From NCBI RefSeq assembly GCF_046119375.1, contig NW_027362771.1, positions 416,392,001 through 416,456,000 of the forward strand: a stretch of DNA of 64,000 nucleotides, in the 5' to 3' direction. Each line of letters starts with the position of its first letter. Position 1 is the first letter of the stretch. Below, in pieces: positions 47,651 through 59,360 of the stretch. The notes beneath the pieces are model-generated. The model saw nothing but the letters and a program-made list of their open reading frames with translations, was not told where the DNA came from and did not search any database. A program made the position numbers and the translations under genes. The DNA comes from Phyllobates terribilis (taxonomy: Eukaryota).

Positions 47651-50600
47651 CAGTCATGGCTGAAAGTGTTGGCACCCTTGAAATTGTCCCAGAAAATGAA
47701 GTATTTCTCTCAGAAAATTATTGCAATTACACATATTTTGTTATACACATGTTTATTTCCTTTGTATGTATTAGAACAACACAAAAAAACAGTAAAAAAG
47801 GCAAATTGGACATAATTTCACACAAAACCCCAAAAATGGGAGGACAAATTTGTTGACACCTTTCCAAAATTGTGAGCAAACAACTTTGTTTCAAGCATGT
47901 GATGCTTGTTCAAACTCACCTGTGGCTAGTAACAGGTGTGGGTAAAATGAAAATCACTCCTGAAATCAGATACAAAGGGGAGAAGTTGACCCAATCTTTG
48001 CATTGTGTGTCTGTGTGTGCCACACTAAGCATGGAGAACAAAAAGAGGAAAAGAGAACTGTCTGAGGACTTGAGAACTGAAATTGTTGAAAAATATCAAC
48101 AATCTCAAGGTTACAAGATCTTGATGTTCCTTTTCCATGGTGCGCAACATAATCAAGAAGTTTACAACCCATGGCACTGTACCTAATATTCTTGGACGTG
48201 GACGGCAGAGAAAAATTGATGAAAGGTTGCAATGCAGGATAGTCTGGATGGTGGCTAAGCAGCCTCAATTAAGTTCCAAAGAAATTCAAGCTGTCCTGCA
48301 GGCTCAGGGTGCATCAGTGTCAGCGTGAACTATCCATCGACATTTGAATGAAATTAAACGCTATGGCAGGAGACCCAGGAGGACCCAACTGCTGACACAG
48401 ACATAAAAAAACTAGACTGCAGTTTGCCAAAATGTATAGTACAGACCAAAAGTTTGGACACACCTTCTCATTTAAAGATTTTTCTGTATTTTCATGACTT
48501 TGAAAATTGTACATTCACACTGAAGGCACCAAAACTATGAATTAACACATGTGGAATTATATACTTAACAAAAAGTGTGAAACAACTGAAAATATGTCTT
48601 ATGTTCTAGGTTCTTCAAAGTAGCCACCTTTTGCTTTGATGACTGCTTTGCACACTCTTGGCATTCTCTTGATAAGCTTAAAGAGGTAGTCACCGGAAAT
48701 GGTCTTCCAACAATCTTGAAGGAGTTCCCAGAGATGCTTAGCATTTGTTGGCCCTTTTGCCTTTACTCTGCTGTCCAGTTCATCCCAAACCATCTCGATT
48801 GGGTTCAGGTCTGGTGACTGTGGAGGCCAGGTCATCTGGCGTAGCACCCCATCACTCTCCTTCTTAGTCAAATAGCCCTTACACAGCCTGGAGGTGCGTT
48901 TGGGGTCATTGTCCTGTTGAAAAATAAATGATGGTCCAACTAAACGCAAATCGGATGGAATAGCATGCCGCTGCAAGATGCTGTGGTAGCCATGCTGGTT
49001 CAGTATGCCTTCAATTTTGAATAAATCCCCAACAGTGTCACCAACAAACTACCCCCACACCATCACACCTCCTCCTCCATGCTTCACGGTGGGAACCAGG
49101 CATGTAGAGTCCATCCGTTCACCTTTTCTGCGTCGCACAAAGACACGGTGGTTGGAACCAAAGATCTCAAATTTGCCTGTCCTTAGCAGTGGTTTCCTAG
49201 CAGCTATTTTACCATGAAGGCCTGCCGCACAAAGTCTCCTCTTAACAGTTGTTGAAGAGATGTGTCTGCTGCTAGAACTGTGTATGGCATTGACCTGGTC
49301 TCTAATCTGAGCTGCTGTTAACCTGAGATTTCTGAGGCTGGTGACTCGGATAAACTTATCCTCAGAAGCAGAGGTGACTCTTGGTCTTCCTTTCCCGGGG
49401 CGGTCCTCATGTGAGCCAGTTTCTTTGTAGCGCTTGATGGTTTTTGCAACTGCACTTGGGGACACTTTCAAAGTTTGCCCAATTTTTCGGACTGACTGAC
49501 CTTCATTTCTTAAAGTAATGATGGCCACTCGTTTTTCTTTACTTAGTTGCTTTTTTCTTGCCATAATACAAATTCTAACAGTCTATTCAGTAGGACAATC
49601 AGCTGTGTATCCACCTGACTTCTGCACAACACAACTGATGGTCCCAACCCCATTTATAAGCAAGAAATCCCACTTATTAAACCTGACAGGGCACACCTGT
49701 GAAGTGAAAATCATTTCCGGTGACTACCTCTTGAAGCTCATCAAGAGAATGCCAAGAGTGTGAAAGCAGTCATCAAAGCAAAAGGTGGCTACTTTGAAGA
49801 ACCTAGAATATAAGACATATTTTCAGTTCTTTCACACTTTTTTGTTAAGTATATAATTCCACATGTGTACATTCAGTGTGAATGTACAATTTTCAAAGTC
49901 ATGAAAATACAGAAAAATCTTTAAATGAGAAGGTGTGTCCAAACTTTTGGTCTGTACTGTACGTAAGGCAAAGTCCTTCGGGGAAAGCGTCTTGTGAACA
50001 AACTAGACCAAGATAGAGCTTTTGGTAAAACACATCATTCTACTGGTTACCTAAAGCGGAATGAGGCCTACAAAAAAAAGAACACAGTACCTACAGTCAA
50101 ATATGGTGGAGGTTCAAAGATGTTTTTGGGAAATCTGAAGATCACCAGAGGATTTTGGGTCGCAATGTAGTGCCCAGTGTTGGAAAGATAAGTTTCTATT
50201 CTAGGTCATCGGTCTTTCAGCAGGACAATGACCCTTAACATACTTCAAGAAGCACCCAGAAATAGATGGAAACAAAGCGTTGTAGAGTTCTGAAGTGGCC
50301 AGCTACGAGTCCGGATCTAAATCCCTTTGAGCACCTGTGGAAAGATTTTAAAATTACTGTTGGGAGAAAGTGCCCTTCAAATATGAGAGACCTGGAGTAG
50401 ATTGTAAGAAGAGTGGTCCAAAATTCCAGTTGAGAGATGTAAGAAGCTTGTTGATAGTTATAGGAAGCGATTAATTGCAGTTTATTCCAAAGTGTGTGCA
50501 ACAAAATATTAAGTTGAGGATGCCAACAATTTTCTCCGGCTCATCTTTGGGATTTTGAGTGAAATTATGTCCAATTTGCCTTTTTTTCTCAATTTTTTGT

Positions 50601-50730
50601 GTTGTTCCAATACACATAAAGGAACTAAACATGTGTATAACAAAACTTGTGTAATTAGATTAATTTTCTGGGAGAAATACTTCATTTTATGGACCAATTT
50701 CAAGGCTGCCAACACTTTTGGCCATGACTC
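47651..50730 (+). mobile_element. Degenerate Tc1 interrupted by a second Tc1
   Basis: TA TSD; TIR cagtcatggctgaaagtgttggcac / gccaacacttttggccatgact. Remnant MENKKRKRELSEDLRTEIVEKYQQSQGYK. Confidence 0.88.
48437..49959 (-). mobile_element. Internally deleted Tc1 of the 24524 family
   Basis: Same TIR; inserted at a TA inside the host transposase. MARKKQLSKEKRVAII..., with a deletion joining LRTG to KFEIFG. Confidence 0.92.
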
Positions 50731-51231
50731 TATGTCAAAGTAACATCAACATGAATACCATGCCAGGACTCAATGTTTCCCAGCACAAGATTGCCCAGAG
50801 CATCACACTGCGCTGTCATTTTGCCTTTTACCCCACAGTGCACCCTGGCAAGGAATAGTCCAGTAGTGCTTCTGATATTATGGAGGAAGCTGTAGTTATG
50901 GAAGTTGCCGATGAAAATGTGGAAAGTAGCCTTCGTAAAATGCTGCTGTTGAGGAGAGCCATAGGATCAAATACTTAATTAACCTCAAGACATAGGAGAT
51001 TGAGAGAAAAGACCCATAAAGTGTATTATTTCACCTTACATAAGCTTGTTCAGATCAAAAGATGGCTGCCATTTCCTGTTTCATCACACCATGCTCTGTT
51101 ATGCAAGATGGCAACTGGACCTATGACTACATCCTATTGTACATGTGGCAAAGCTGGAGACTTTATTTATGACTACATCCTGTCGTACAAGGAAGTTCTG
51201 GGAGGAAGCTGAATTCTATAGAAGGACTAAC

Positions 51232-51432
51232 CCCGATGACCTCATGGATTACTCTCCCTGATGACCTCATTGATCACGCCCCCTGATGACCTCATGGATC
51301 ACGCCCCCTGATGACCTCATGGACCTACCCACCCTGATGACCTCATGGATCTGCCCGTGGACTAACCAATCAATAGATCTGGTTACTCACATTCTGGAGC
51401 TAACCGAGCCCATATACAGAGTTTATATAAAT
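51232..51432 (+). promoter_or_regulatory. ERV U3 enhancer repeats, CCAAT and TATA
   Basis: 5 copies of ~25-bp ccctgatgacctcatggatcacgcc (7 in the 3' LTR, 62350-62520); aaccaat; tttatataaa; AATAAA at ~51447. Confidence 0.7.
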
Positions 51433-53355
51433 CTATATCGGAGTTGAATAAACGACACTTGGAGCTGTGTGTCTGATGTTATTCTTTCTTGCATGTGACG
51501 TGCCCCCTGCGCCGTGGGGAACTCGGTAGCCGGGCCGGTCGTTGCTAGGGGAGATGTCACAGTGGCGGTGACCCGATCCGTGACCCAGGGCGGTCAATAA
51601 AAAGGGGATATTTACAGGGGATTTATGGTTTTTATATACAGTTCGTGACGCCACCTGTGCTATGCGGCTATATGGAGCTGCCGCTGCGGAGCAGGTCCTC
51701 TGGAGCTGGTGTAAATGCAGCAGAGTTGGTTTAGCTCTCCACAGGTAGAGCTTAGCTCCAGGGCTGTGCTGAGTTGTTATGGATGTTGTGGTGTAGTGCA
51801 GGGGGTGATGGCGCAGCAATAACTTCACAGAGACAGTGGGGTGCAGTCTTCAGAGTTTACTCACAGTTGTTAAGTTCCTCAGGTTGCACTGTCCAGCTTA
51901 CAGCCTCCCACGTTCACCAGGCAGGGGTTCAGCAATCCCTCAGGTATTTCAAGAGTGCCTGACAGGACCCCGTTCTATATGACCTTCTCAGCCGTCTTTC
52001 TGCGCTGGCTCTCACCCTTCTTGCCCTGCGCCTCGCCAAACAATGTCCCAAGCCGGTATCCTCAGATCTTTCTGGGCAACCTGGAGTTCCCTGGATCCTA
52101 TGTGGTTACCTTTTTGGCGACTTGAGTGCGGATGTGGCAACTGCACCCTGAAAGTACAGAAGCCTCCGGTTTGCAGTTGAACTTTGTAATTCTCACTGAT
52201 TAGGGGCCGGTCCCCTCTGCGGCTCGATCCCTCCACAGATTCGGGCGTATGGATGGCCTCCAGCACTGCCCGTACCCCTGGGATCCCTTCTTCGTTCCTG
52301 GAGCCTTTCTCCTGCTCCTCTCTCCTTTCTCCTCTCCTTCTCAGTCTTGGGCCTCTCTCCTAGGCCCTCCTCCTGAGCAGAGCTCCTGCTCCCCTCAAAC
52401 TCCACCGACTGACTGGCCTCTCTTTCCAAGATGGTTCCCTCTTTTATATCACTTCTAACACGTGTTTGCCTGATCTACGTCCTCCACCCACACCCACTAC
52501 ATGGTTCCTCCTACTTTGGTTTCCCCCACTCCAACCAGGGACCTCAGCAGGAAGCGCGACACATCTTGCCCTTCCAGCTTGTCTGGAGTAGTGTAATGTT
52601 GGATGCAGGTGTTAGGGTCCCGGGCAGCACTCTATCCTTACCTGAGAGTGAGATACCACACCTCTGGGTGAGATGCAGTACCTCTGTGGCAACTGAACCC
52701 GCAGGGGCGCCACATACCCCCTTGGTAAAACACAGCACGTCTGCGGGCTGGAACAGAGTAAAGCACAAAATATTTTAAAGACATGCAATTTTTAGAATGC
52801 ATTCGCATATAAGATCATAAACAAACTTTTTCTTCCCTTTATGGGAGGCACATTCCTTGAACGTTACATGTTTCTTATCAAGAATTTTTAAAACATTATA
52901 AAACTTTTTCAATACAATTTTCTTCACATTTATAAAACATTTCTCATATAAAACATTTTTAGTAGGCTACAGCGCAATCTGCAACCGGCTGTCCATTCTT
53001 TTCAACAAGGTGCAATCTAGCAAACATGAGCATGAGGGACCGGTCCGAAAACCCTCAACGTAGGCCCTGGGCGTGGCTGCAGGGCATAGGTGATCCAGGT
53101 GTTGGACCAGGTCTTCGGCCACGCCAAATGGGTTTTTGTTCTGAGGTCATCTCCGTTGCACCAAACCAATAAGGGGCACTTTAAGAAGTGCAACTATTTA
53201 CAAGGACAGTTTTCGGCTGCTCACAGTCCTCAGCCTGTCAATCTTTGGTACCCTTGCCGGGTAATTATGGAAACACACTCATAACTTTTTCCAGTTTACA
53301 CCAACATAGCTGTACCCTTCCGGGTAACTATATACAGTACAGTTCCACCTACTGC

Positions 53356-54596
53356 TCAGTAGTGGTGCTTCCTCCCGGGAAACAACTCCTGTCCATTATA
53401 AGCTGGCCCAGCCGGGTCATCAGCTCTAGATGGCGAGGGTTCACTCTTCTCCACCACCCTGTGGACGTTCAGGGCATACCAGCCCCTCTCACCTCTATGC
53501 CTGGTGTAGGTGACGTGATCACCAGGGTAGAGATTCCGATCTGGATGTCCTTCCTTTAGGTGGGACTCCAGGTCCCTCCTGTTGACAAAAAGATCTGTCT
53601 CGGTGTGTGGATCCCGGATGAAACCCCATCCTCCATCCAGGTTAAACTTCACCATGGTCCCTTCGGCACGGGGACCATGTGCAGCTTCCTTGTTTTTGCG
53701 GGCCCGGGCCTTCTCCTCCATGTTCCGGGCCTCTAGTCTCTCCCAGCACACCCGCCGGAGGTGCCGCTCTTTTTCCAGCTGCGCCAGCTCCCTCTTGCAG
53801 TGCTCCACCTGGCGCGCAGCCTCTGCTCTGGTCTCCCGGGGAAACCCCATGAGGTCCCCCCCAGGGTTGTCCCACAGGAACTGGTCCTCTTCACTCCCAG
53901 AGATGGCTAAGGGCTCAGGAGCGGGTAACAGCGGGAGGCTACGGTTTTTCACCTCCGCGGACCAGTCCCAAGGCAGACGCTCGTACACCCACTAAGGTGT
54001 CAGAGGCGGTGGTTCCTGCAAGGGGCCCAGGAGCGGGCCAGCGTCACTGGTGCCCGGGGTGACGGTTCCAGGCTCCGAGGTACGTTTAGGGCGTTCGAGC
54101 CCGGCGACGGATGATATTCCAGGAGGGCTAAGAACGGATCGTCATTTTCCACGCCCAGGGATGGAGGGCTCTGAAGGGGGACCAGGTGCGGGCCAGTGTC
54201 GGTAGCGCCTGGTGTTGACGGTTCCGGCAGGGGGTCCAGGAGCAGGTCAGCGCCTTCAGCGCCCGGGACAGGGAGACTCCTCTTACCTGCTCCCGAGGCT
54301 GCTCCTGTGCTGCACTCTGCCTCCTGGTGCTGATCTGGCTCCACCAAGGCTGGGGCGCTGCCTGCTTCTTGCAGCGCTGGCTGCTGCCGGTTCGCCATCC
54401 TCTCGACCATCTCCTTTTTCCAGGTGGCGATGGCATCCTGCTGGGCCCTCTCCATCCTCCGACTTAGGTCCTCCATCCCGGCGTAGAGGAACTCTGTATC
54501 CTCCCGGGACAGCTTGGATACCATCTCCTCCAAGGTGAGGGGTGCCTCAGGCTGTTGCAGGCCGCTGGCGGGAACTCCTGTCTCACCTCCCTCCAT
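53356..54596 (-). pseudogene. Coiled-coil plus cold-shock-domain protein, split by a frameshift and a TAG near 54000
   Basis: Kozak ATG at 54596 (gcaagATGg), helical LEEMVSKLSRED...ERAQQDAIATWKKEMVERM. A second frame holds a helical segment then the CSD (53670-53458): EGTMVKFNLDGGWGFI (RNP1), TDLFVNRRDL (RNP2), NLYPGDHVTYTRHRGERGWYALNV. Confidence 0.8.
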
Positions 54597-54943
54597 CTTG
54601 CCTGCCGGTTGCCATCTGTCTAGACTGCTTGAGACCACACCGTCTCCCAGTTTTCTTCTTTTTTCCTCTCCCCTTTCTGGGGCGGTCCCATGGCTGCTTG
54701 CTGTCGGACACACCTTTGGGCAGCCCCCCCAGCTTGATGGACATATCCACATACATGGTCACTGTTGCTCGGGGCGGGCCTCGCTTTTGGCGCCATTCTG
54801 GAACCCGGCCCACGATGGGAGGCGGTTTCTTGTTGTCTTTTGGCTCGCACATAATGGCCCCCGTTCTTCTGGGGTGGGCGCCACACTCAGTACAGGACAC
54901 AGTTTCCAGGCGCACAACACCCGGCGACAACGGGTGGGCTCAT

Positions 54944-54961
54944 ATCCTGTTCGTGACGCCA
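54944..54961 (-). promoter_or_regulatory. PBS complementary to the tRNA-Ser(CGA) 3' end
   Basis: TGGCGTCACGAACAGGAT is the complement of ...ATCCTGTTCGTGACG-CCA, the recalled 3' end of vertebrate tRNA-Ser-CGA; 4 nt from the LTR end. Confidence 0.85.
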
Positions 54962-56289
54962 AAGATGACGCGTCCCTGGGCAGTGGGGTACTCGGTAGCC
55001 AGGCCGGTCGTTGCTAGGGGAGATGTTACAGTGGCGGTGACCCGGTCCATGACCCAGGGCGGTCAATAAAAAGGGGATATTTACAGTGGATTTATGGTTT
55101 TTATATACAGTTCGTGACGCCACCTGTGCTATGCGGCTATAAGGAGCTGCCGCTGCGGAGCAGGTCCTCTGGAGCTGGTGTAAATGCAGCAGAGTTGGTT
55201 TAGCTCTCCACAGGTAGAGCTTAGCTCCAGGGCTGTGCTGAGTTGTTATGGATGTTGCGGTGTAGTGGAGGGGGTGATGGCGCAGCAATAACTTCACAGA
55301 GACAGTGGGGTGCAGTCTTCAGAGTTTACTCACAGTTGTTAAGTTCCTCAGGTTGCACTGTCCAACTTACAGCCTCCCGCGTCGCGCTATGTTCACCAGG
55401 CAGGGGTTCAGCAATCCCTCAGGTATTTCAAGAGTGCCTGACAGGACCCCGTTCTATATGACCTTCTCAGCCGTCTTTCTGCGCTGGCCCTCACCCTTCT
55501 TGCCCTTCGCCTCGCCAAACAATGTCCCAAGCCCGTATCCTCGGATCTTTCTGGGCAACCTGGAGTTCCCTGGATCCTATGTGGTTACCTTTTTGGCGAC
55601 TTGAGTTTGGATGTGGCAACTGCACCCTGAAAGTACAGAAGCCTCCGGTTTGCAGTTGAACTTTGTAATTCTCACTGATTAGGGGCCGGTCCCTTCTGCG
55701 GCTCGATCCCTCCGCCGCCTGGCAGATTAGGGCGTACGGGTGGCCTCCAGCACTGCCCGTACTCCTGGGATCCCTTCTTCGTTCCTGGAGCCTTTCTCCT
55801 GCTCCTCTCTCCTTCCTCCTCTCCTTTTCAGTCTTGGGCCTCTCCTAGGCCCTCCTCCTGAGCAGAGCTCCTGCAGAGCTCCTGCTCCCCTCAAACTCCA
55901 CCAACTGACTGGCTTCTCTTTCCAAGATGGTTCCCTCTTTTATATCACTTCTAACACGTGCTCCCCTGATCTACGTCCTCCACCCACACCCACTACATGG
56001 TTCTCCCTACTTTGGTTCCCCCCACTCTAACCAGGGACAGGGCTCAGCAGGAAGCGCGACGCATCTTGCCCTTCCAGCTGGCCTGGAGTAGTGTAGTGTT
56101 GGATGCAGGTGTTAGGGCCCCGGGCAGCACTCTATCCTTACCTGAGAGTGAGATACCACACCTCTGGGTGAGATGCAGTACCTCTGTGGCGACTCAACCC
56201 GCAGGGGCGCCACACATGCACTTGACCATATCCATTAGGCCAGGAGCAGGCAACTAGTGAACATATCAAAATGTTCGCCCTAACATTTT

Positions 56290-56308
56290 TGGCTGTCCAA
56301 CGTGGGGC
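56290..56308 (+). promoter_or_regulatory. ERV primer-binding site, tRNA-Lys(CUU)-like, degenerate
   Basis: tggctgtccaacgtggggc versus the recalled Lys1,2 PBS TGGCGCCCAACGTGGGGC; immediately after the LTR end. Splice donor cg|gtaagt at ~56410. Confidence 0.65.
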
Positions 56309-57152
56309 CAGCAGAGGGAGAAGCCCTACACCCTTAGGACCGGCGAGTGGAACGGCAGGACGCACTGAATACACCGAGCCAGGAGACTGATCACCTCCTT
56401 AACCAAACACGGTAAGTCTGCTGATTTTTATAATCTGTAGTCTTTTCCTGTGTTCCTCGGGGTATCCTGTGCAGATTGCCTGACTGTGTCCGGTTTTTGA
56501 GGTATCTGTAAGACGGCAGAAGGGTCTCTCCACTGCTGGCCATTTAATTGCGGAAGAACCGTCACGTGCTCAGTTGCCTGCTGCCTGTTATGTGTCGTGT
56601 TGAGGGGAGATTGACTGGTATTAAAAGAGAGCAAGTGGGTTTTTCAGCGGTGTCTGGAGAAGTAAAGGATATTGTCTGTGGTACAGTTAACATTTGTCGC
56701 CTGTGATACGATTTTCAGTTCTGGTGGAGAAAGTAGGGGTACTTAGCCTGGAGTGAGTGACTCGGCGTGGCCTGGAGTGAGTGACTCGGCCTGGTACCGG
56801 CACGGAGCCTGGAGTGAGTGACTCGGCCCGGAGCCTAGTAAATTGAGTTTCGGCACGTAGCCTAGAGTGAGTGACTCGGTACGGGGCCTGGTAGTTGGAT
56901 TAGTAAATTGAGTTTCGGCACGTAGCCTAGAGTGAGTGACTTGGTACGGGGCCAGGTAATTGTATTAATACAGGTGTTTTATTTATTTTTTATATATATA
57001 TATATGGAAATCAGACAGGGACTACGTGGCAGGACGGAGACAGATAGAAAGTGTGTGCTGCAGACTTAGTTTTCCTTTAGAATCTCAGGTTTGAGTCATT
57101 CTCCCCCGTCTTATTGTTCGTTTTGTGTTTATTTTGGTCTATATAGAGAAAG

Positions 57153-59360
57153 ATGGAGAAATTAATGCAGTTTTGTCGTATTGGCACTAAGCCAAATTCA
57201 GATGGCAAGTTGGACCCGTGTGCATTAGATGCGACTCGTGAAGGGAAAACTCATGTTAAACAATGTAAAAAGCTTATGAAGTTGAGTGGAATGCCAGAAG
57301 GGGGGAGGTTACAGCCCCTGGAGTGGAAGACTGTCTTAAAAGAGAGAAAAGGTACTCTAGAAGATAATGAATTGTTGTCTACTGCTAGAGCATTGGAAAG
57401 AGTCTCTGAAAGTTTGTATAGAGAAAATTGGTTAGAAGAGGAAAAGAAAAAGGACAGAGTTTTGAGTTATGTGTATTACAAAAATGTATCCTGTGAGCGG
57501 CCACCGCCATATAATGGTGGTGATGGTGGCACATTGCCATGTGCTGTTTCTGGTGGTGGCCATTTTGTGGATGGCACATGGGCTCCTTCTGGTGGCAGCC
57601 ATTTTGTAGATGGCAAATGTGCTCCTTCTGGCGGCAGCCATTTTGTGGATGGCAAATTTGCTCCTTCTGGCGGCAGCCATTTTGTGGATGGCAAATGTGC
57701 TCCTTATGGCAGCAGCCATTTTGTGGATGGCAAATGTGCTCCTTCTGGTGGCAGCCATTTTGTGGATGGCAGATGTGCTGCCTCCGGTGGCGGCCATCTT
57801 GGAACGTTGCCCCAGATTATACAAACTGAGCCATATCATCATGTAACTGACATAGATCTGGCTAAATCGAGTGAGGCATAATCCAGGAATATACACACGT
57901 CTTTCGGTGGTGAACATACTAGGCCAATGTTACACACCACAAGACCAGATCCTTTTTACCCAGTAATGACTACTAATGGCCAGTACTATACTTCTTCGGG
58001 AAGTGATCATGCTTTACCCATGTTCCCTGTCACAAAGGTGTCCAGTGAGTCACCAACCCTTTCACCTAACACTCCCATCGTGAGCCCAGCTATTCTCCCA
58101 CCTGGATCATCCCCAGCACTTTCCACTGTCACTTCCCCTGGCAACTCAGCCACACGTCCACATGAGTTACTTCAAGCAGCGACCTCTCCTCCCAACGCTT
58201 CCGCTACAACAGCACTCTCACGCAGTCTACTTAACTCTATTCCAGTACCTCACAGTCTCTCTCGCAGCCGAGCGCACACCTGTATGGAACGATGGCCACT
58301 GAATCAAGGAGGGGCTCAATCTGGGGGGGACACCAACATCACAGGAAGCACAAAGGGTAGGGAATGTTGGCAACCCATTTTTGAAAAAGAACTTCCTGAG
58401 GGACCCTTGTTAGTGGTGGGTAAGGGTGACATAACGACAATGGAAACAGACGCTATTGCTAATGCTGCCAACCCTCGGTTAGAGCACAACGGAGGTGTGG
58501 CTAGAGCTATAGTGGAGGCAGGAGGGGCGACTATTCAAACTGACAGTCGAATCATTGTTGAGTCGCGTGGTCAGATAGCTGTTGGGGACAGAGCCGTGAC
58601 TAAATCTGGCAATCTTCATTGTAGAATGATCTTACACGCTGTGATCCCTACTTTTGATCCTATTCATCCACATGTCAGTGCCCGACAACTACGCGCTGCA
58701 ATAACTCGTATCTTAGAGTATGCGAATATTAGTGAGCAGATTGAGACCTTGACAATTCCTGCCATTGGTGTTGGCCTCTTCGGGTTCCCTGTTCATGCGT
58801 GTGAAAGGGAGATTGTTGGAATTATAATGAACAAGTTTAGCCCCCCAAGCATTTGCTGCCTCTCCGAAATCAGGTTAATTAGTAATGAGGACAGGACTGT
58901 TAAAGCTTTTAAGACTGCCTGCATCACCTGGACTCCACCCCATGATATTGGAGCTGCCCAAATAGAGCCCCTCATTCCAGGACTGTTACCTCCCTCTGCT
59001 CCTCATACACAAGTAATTACACCTGTACTTCCATTGCCATCTCTACTCCCGCCTCAGGTGCCACCACCAACCCTGCCAACACCCACGTCTGAGGAGCCCA
59101 TCCTTTATGTCAAGTGTATACCCCAGCAAGCTGCTACTCTGCTGAACCAACTCACAGATCCAGAAAAACAGCCGATGCCTTTCTAGAGAAGCATGCTTCA
59201 AATCCAAAGGAATTACACCTCCACATGGCAAGATCTAATTTCCCTGGCAAATCTTAAAGCAGGCGATGCATATTGGCCTGTTATGGACACTGCATTAAAT
59301 GATGCCTCACTTGTCAGTGACACCACATGGGACTCTGGTGCTCAGTTCTGCCAACAACTT
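57153..59360 (+). pseudogene. ERV gag: MA-like N-terminus, PPPY late motif, 13-aa repeats, Pro-rich region, macrodomain, CA N-terminus; one frame with two in-frame stops
   Basis: ORFs 57153-57881, 57927-59186 and 59193 onward share one frame. Stops TAA 57879 and TAG 59184. CA-like LYVKCIPQQAATLLNQLTDPEKQP...YTSTWQDL. Confidence 0.85.
58380..58925 (+). CDS. Macrodomain (MacroD/PARP14-like ADP-ribose-binding fold) within ERV gag
   Basis: KGDIT, DAIANAAN, HNGGVARAI, AVTKSGNL, ILHAVIP and IPAIGVGLFGFP occur in canonical order and spacing, with no stop inside the domain. Confidence 0.93.

Larger units (their letters stand above)
51496..56214 (-). mobile_element. Non-autonomous LTR element carrying a cold-shock-domain ORF, inserted antisense in the ERV 5' LTR
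   Basis: LTRs 54966-56214 and 51496-52714; TSD CATG (empty site ttcttgCATGcacttg in the ERV 3' LTR at ~62699); PBS 54961-54944; PPT aagggggta at 52723-52715; no RT or IN motifs. Confidence 0.93.

Noticed and set aside
53582-55069. Plus-strand ORFs overlapping the CSD element interior
   Set aside because: GC-rich antisense shadows of the minus-strand frame with no recognisable motifs
58380-58925. Macrodomain as a host PARP14/MACROD exon or processed pseudogene
   Set aside because: No splice sites, poly-A or separate TSD; it is in frame with flanking gag sequence inside paired LTRs
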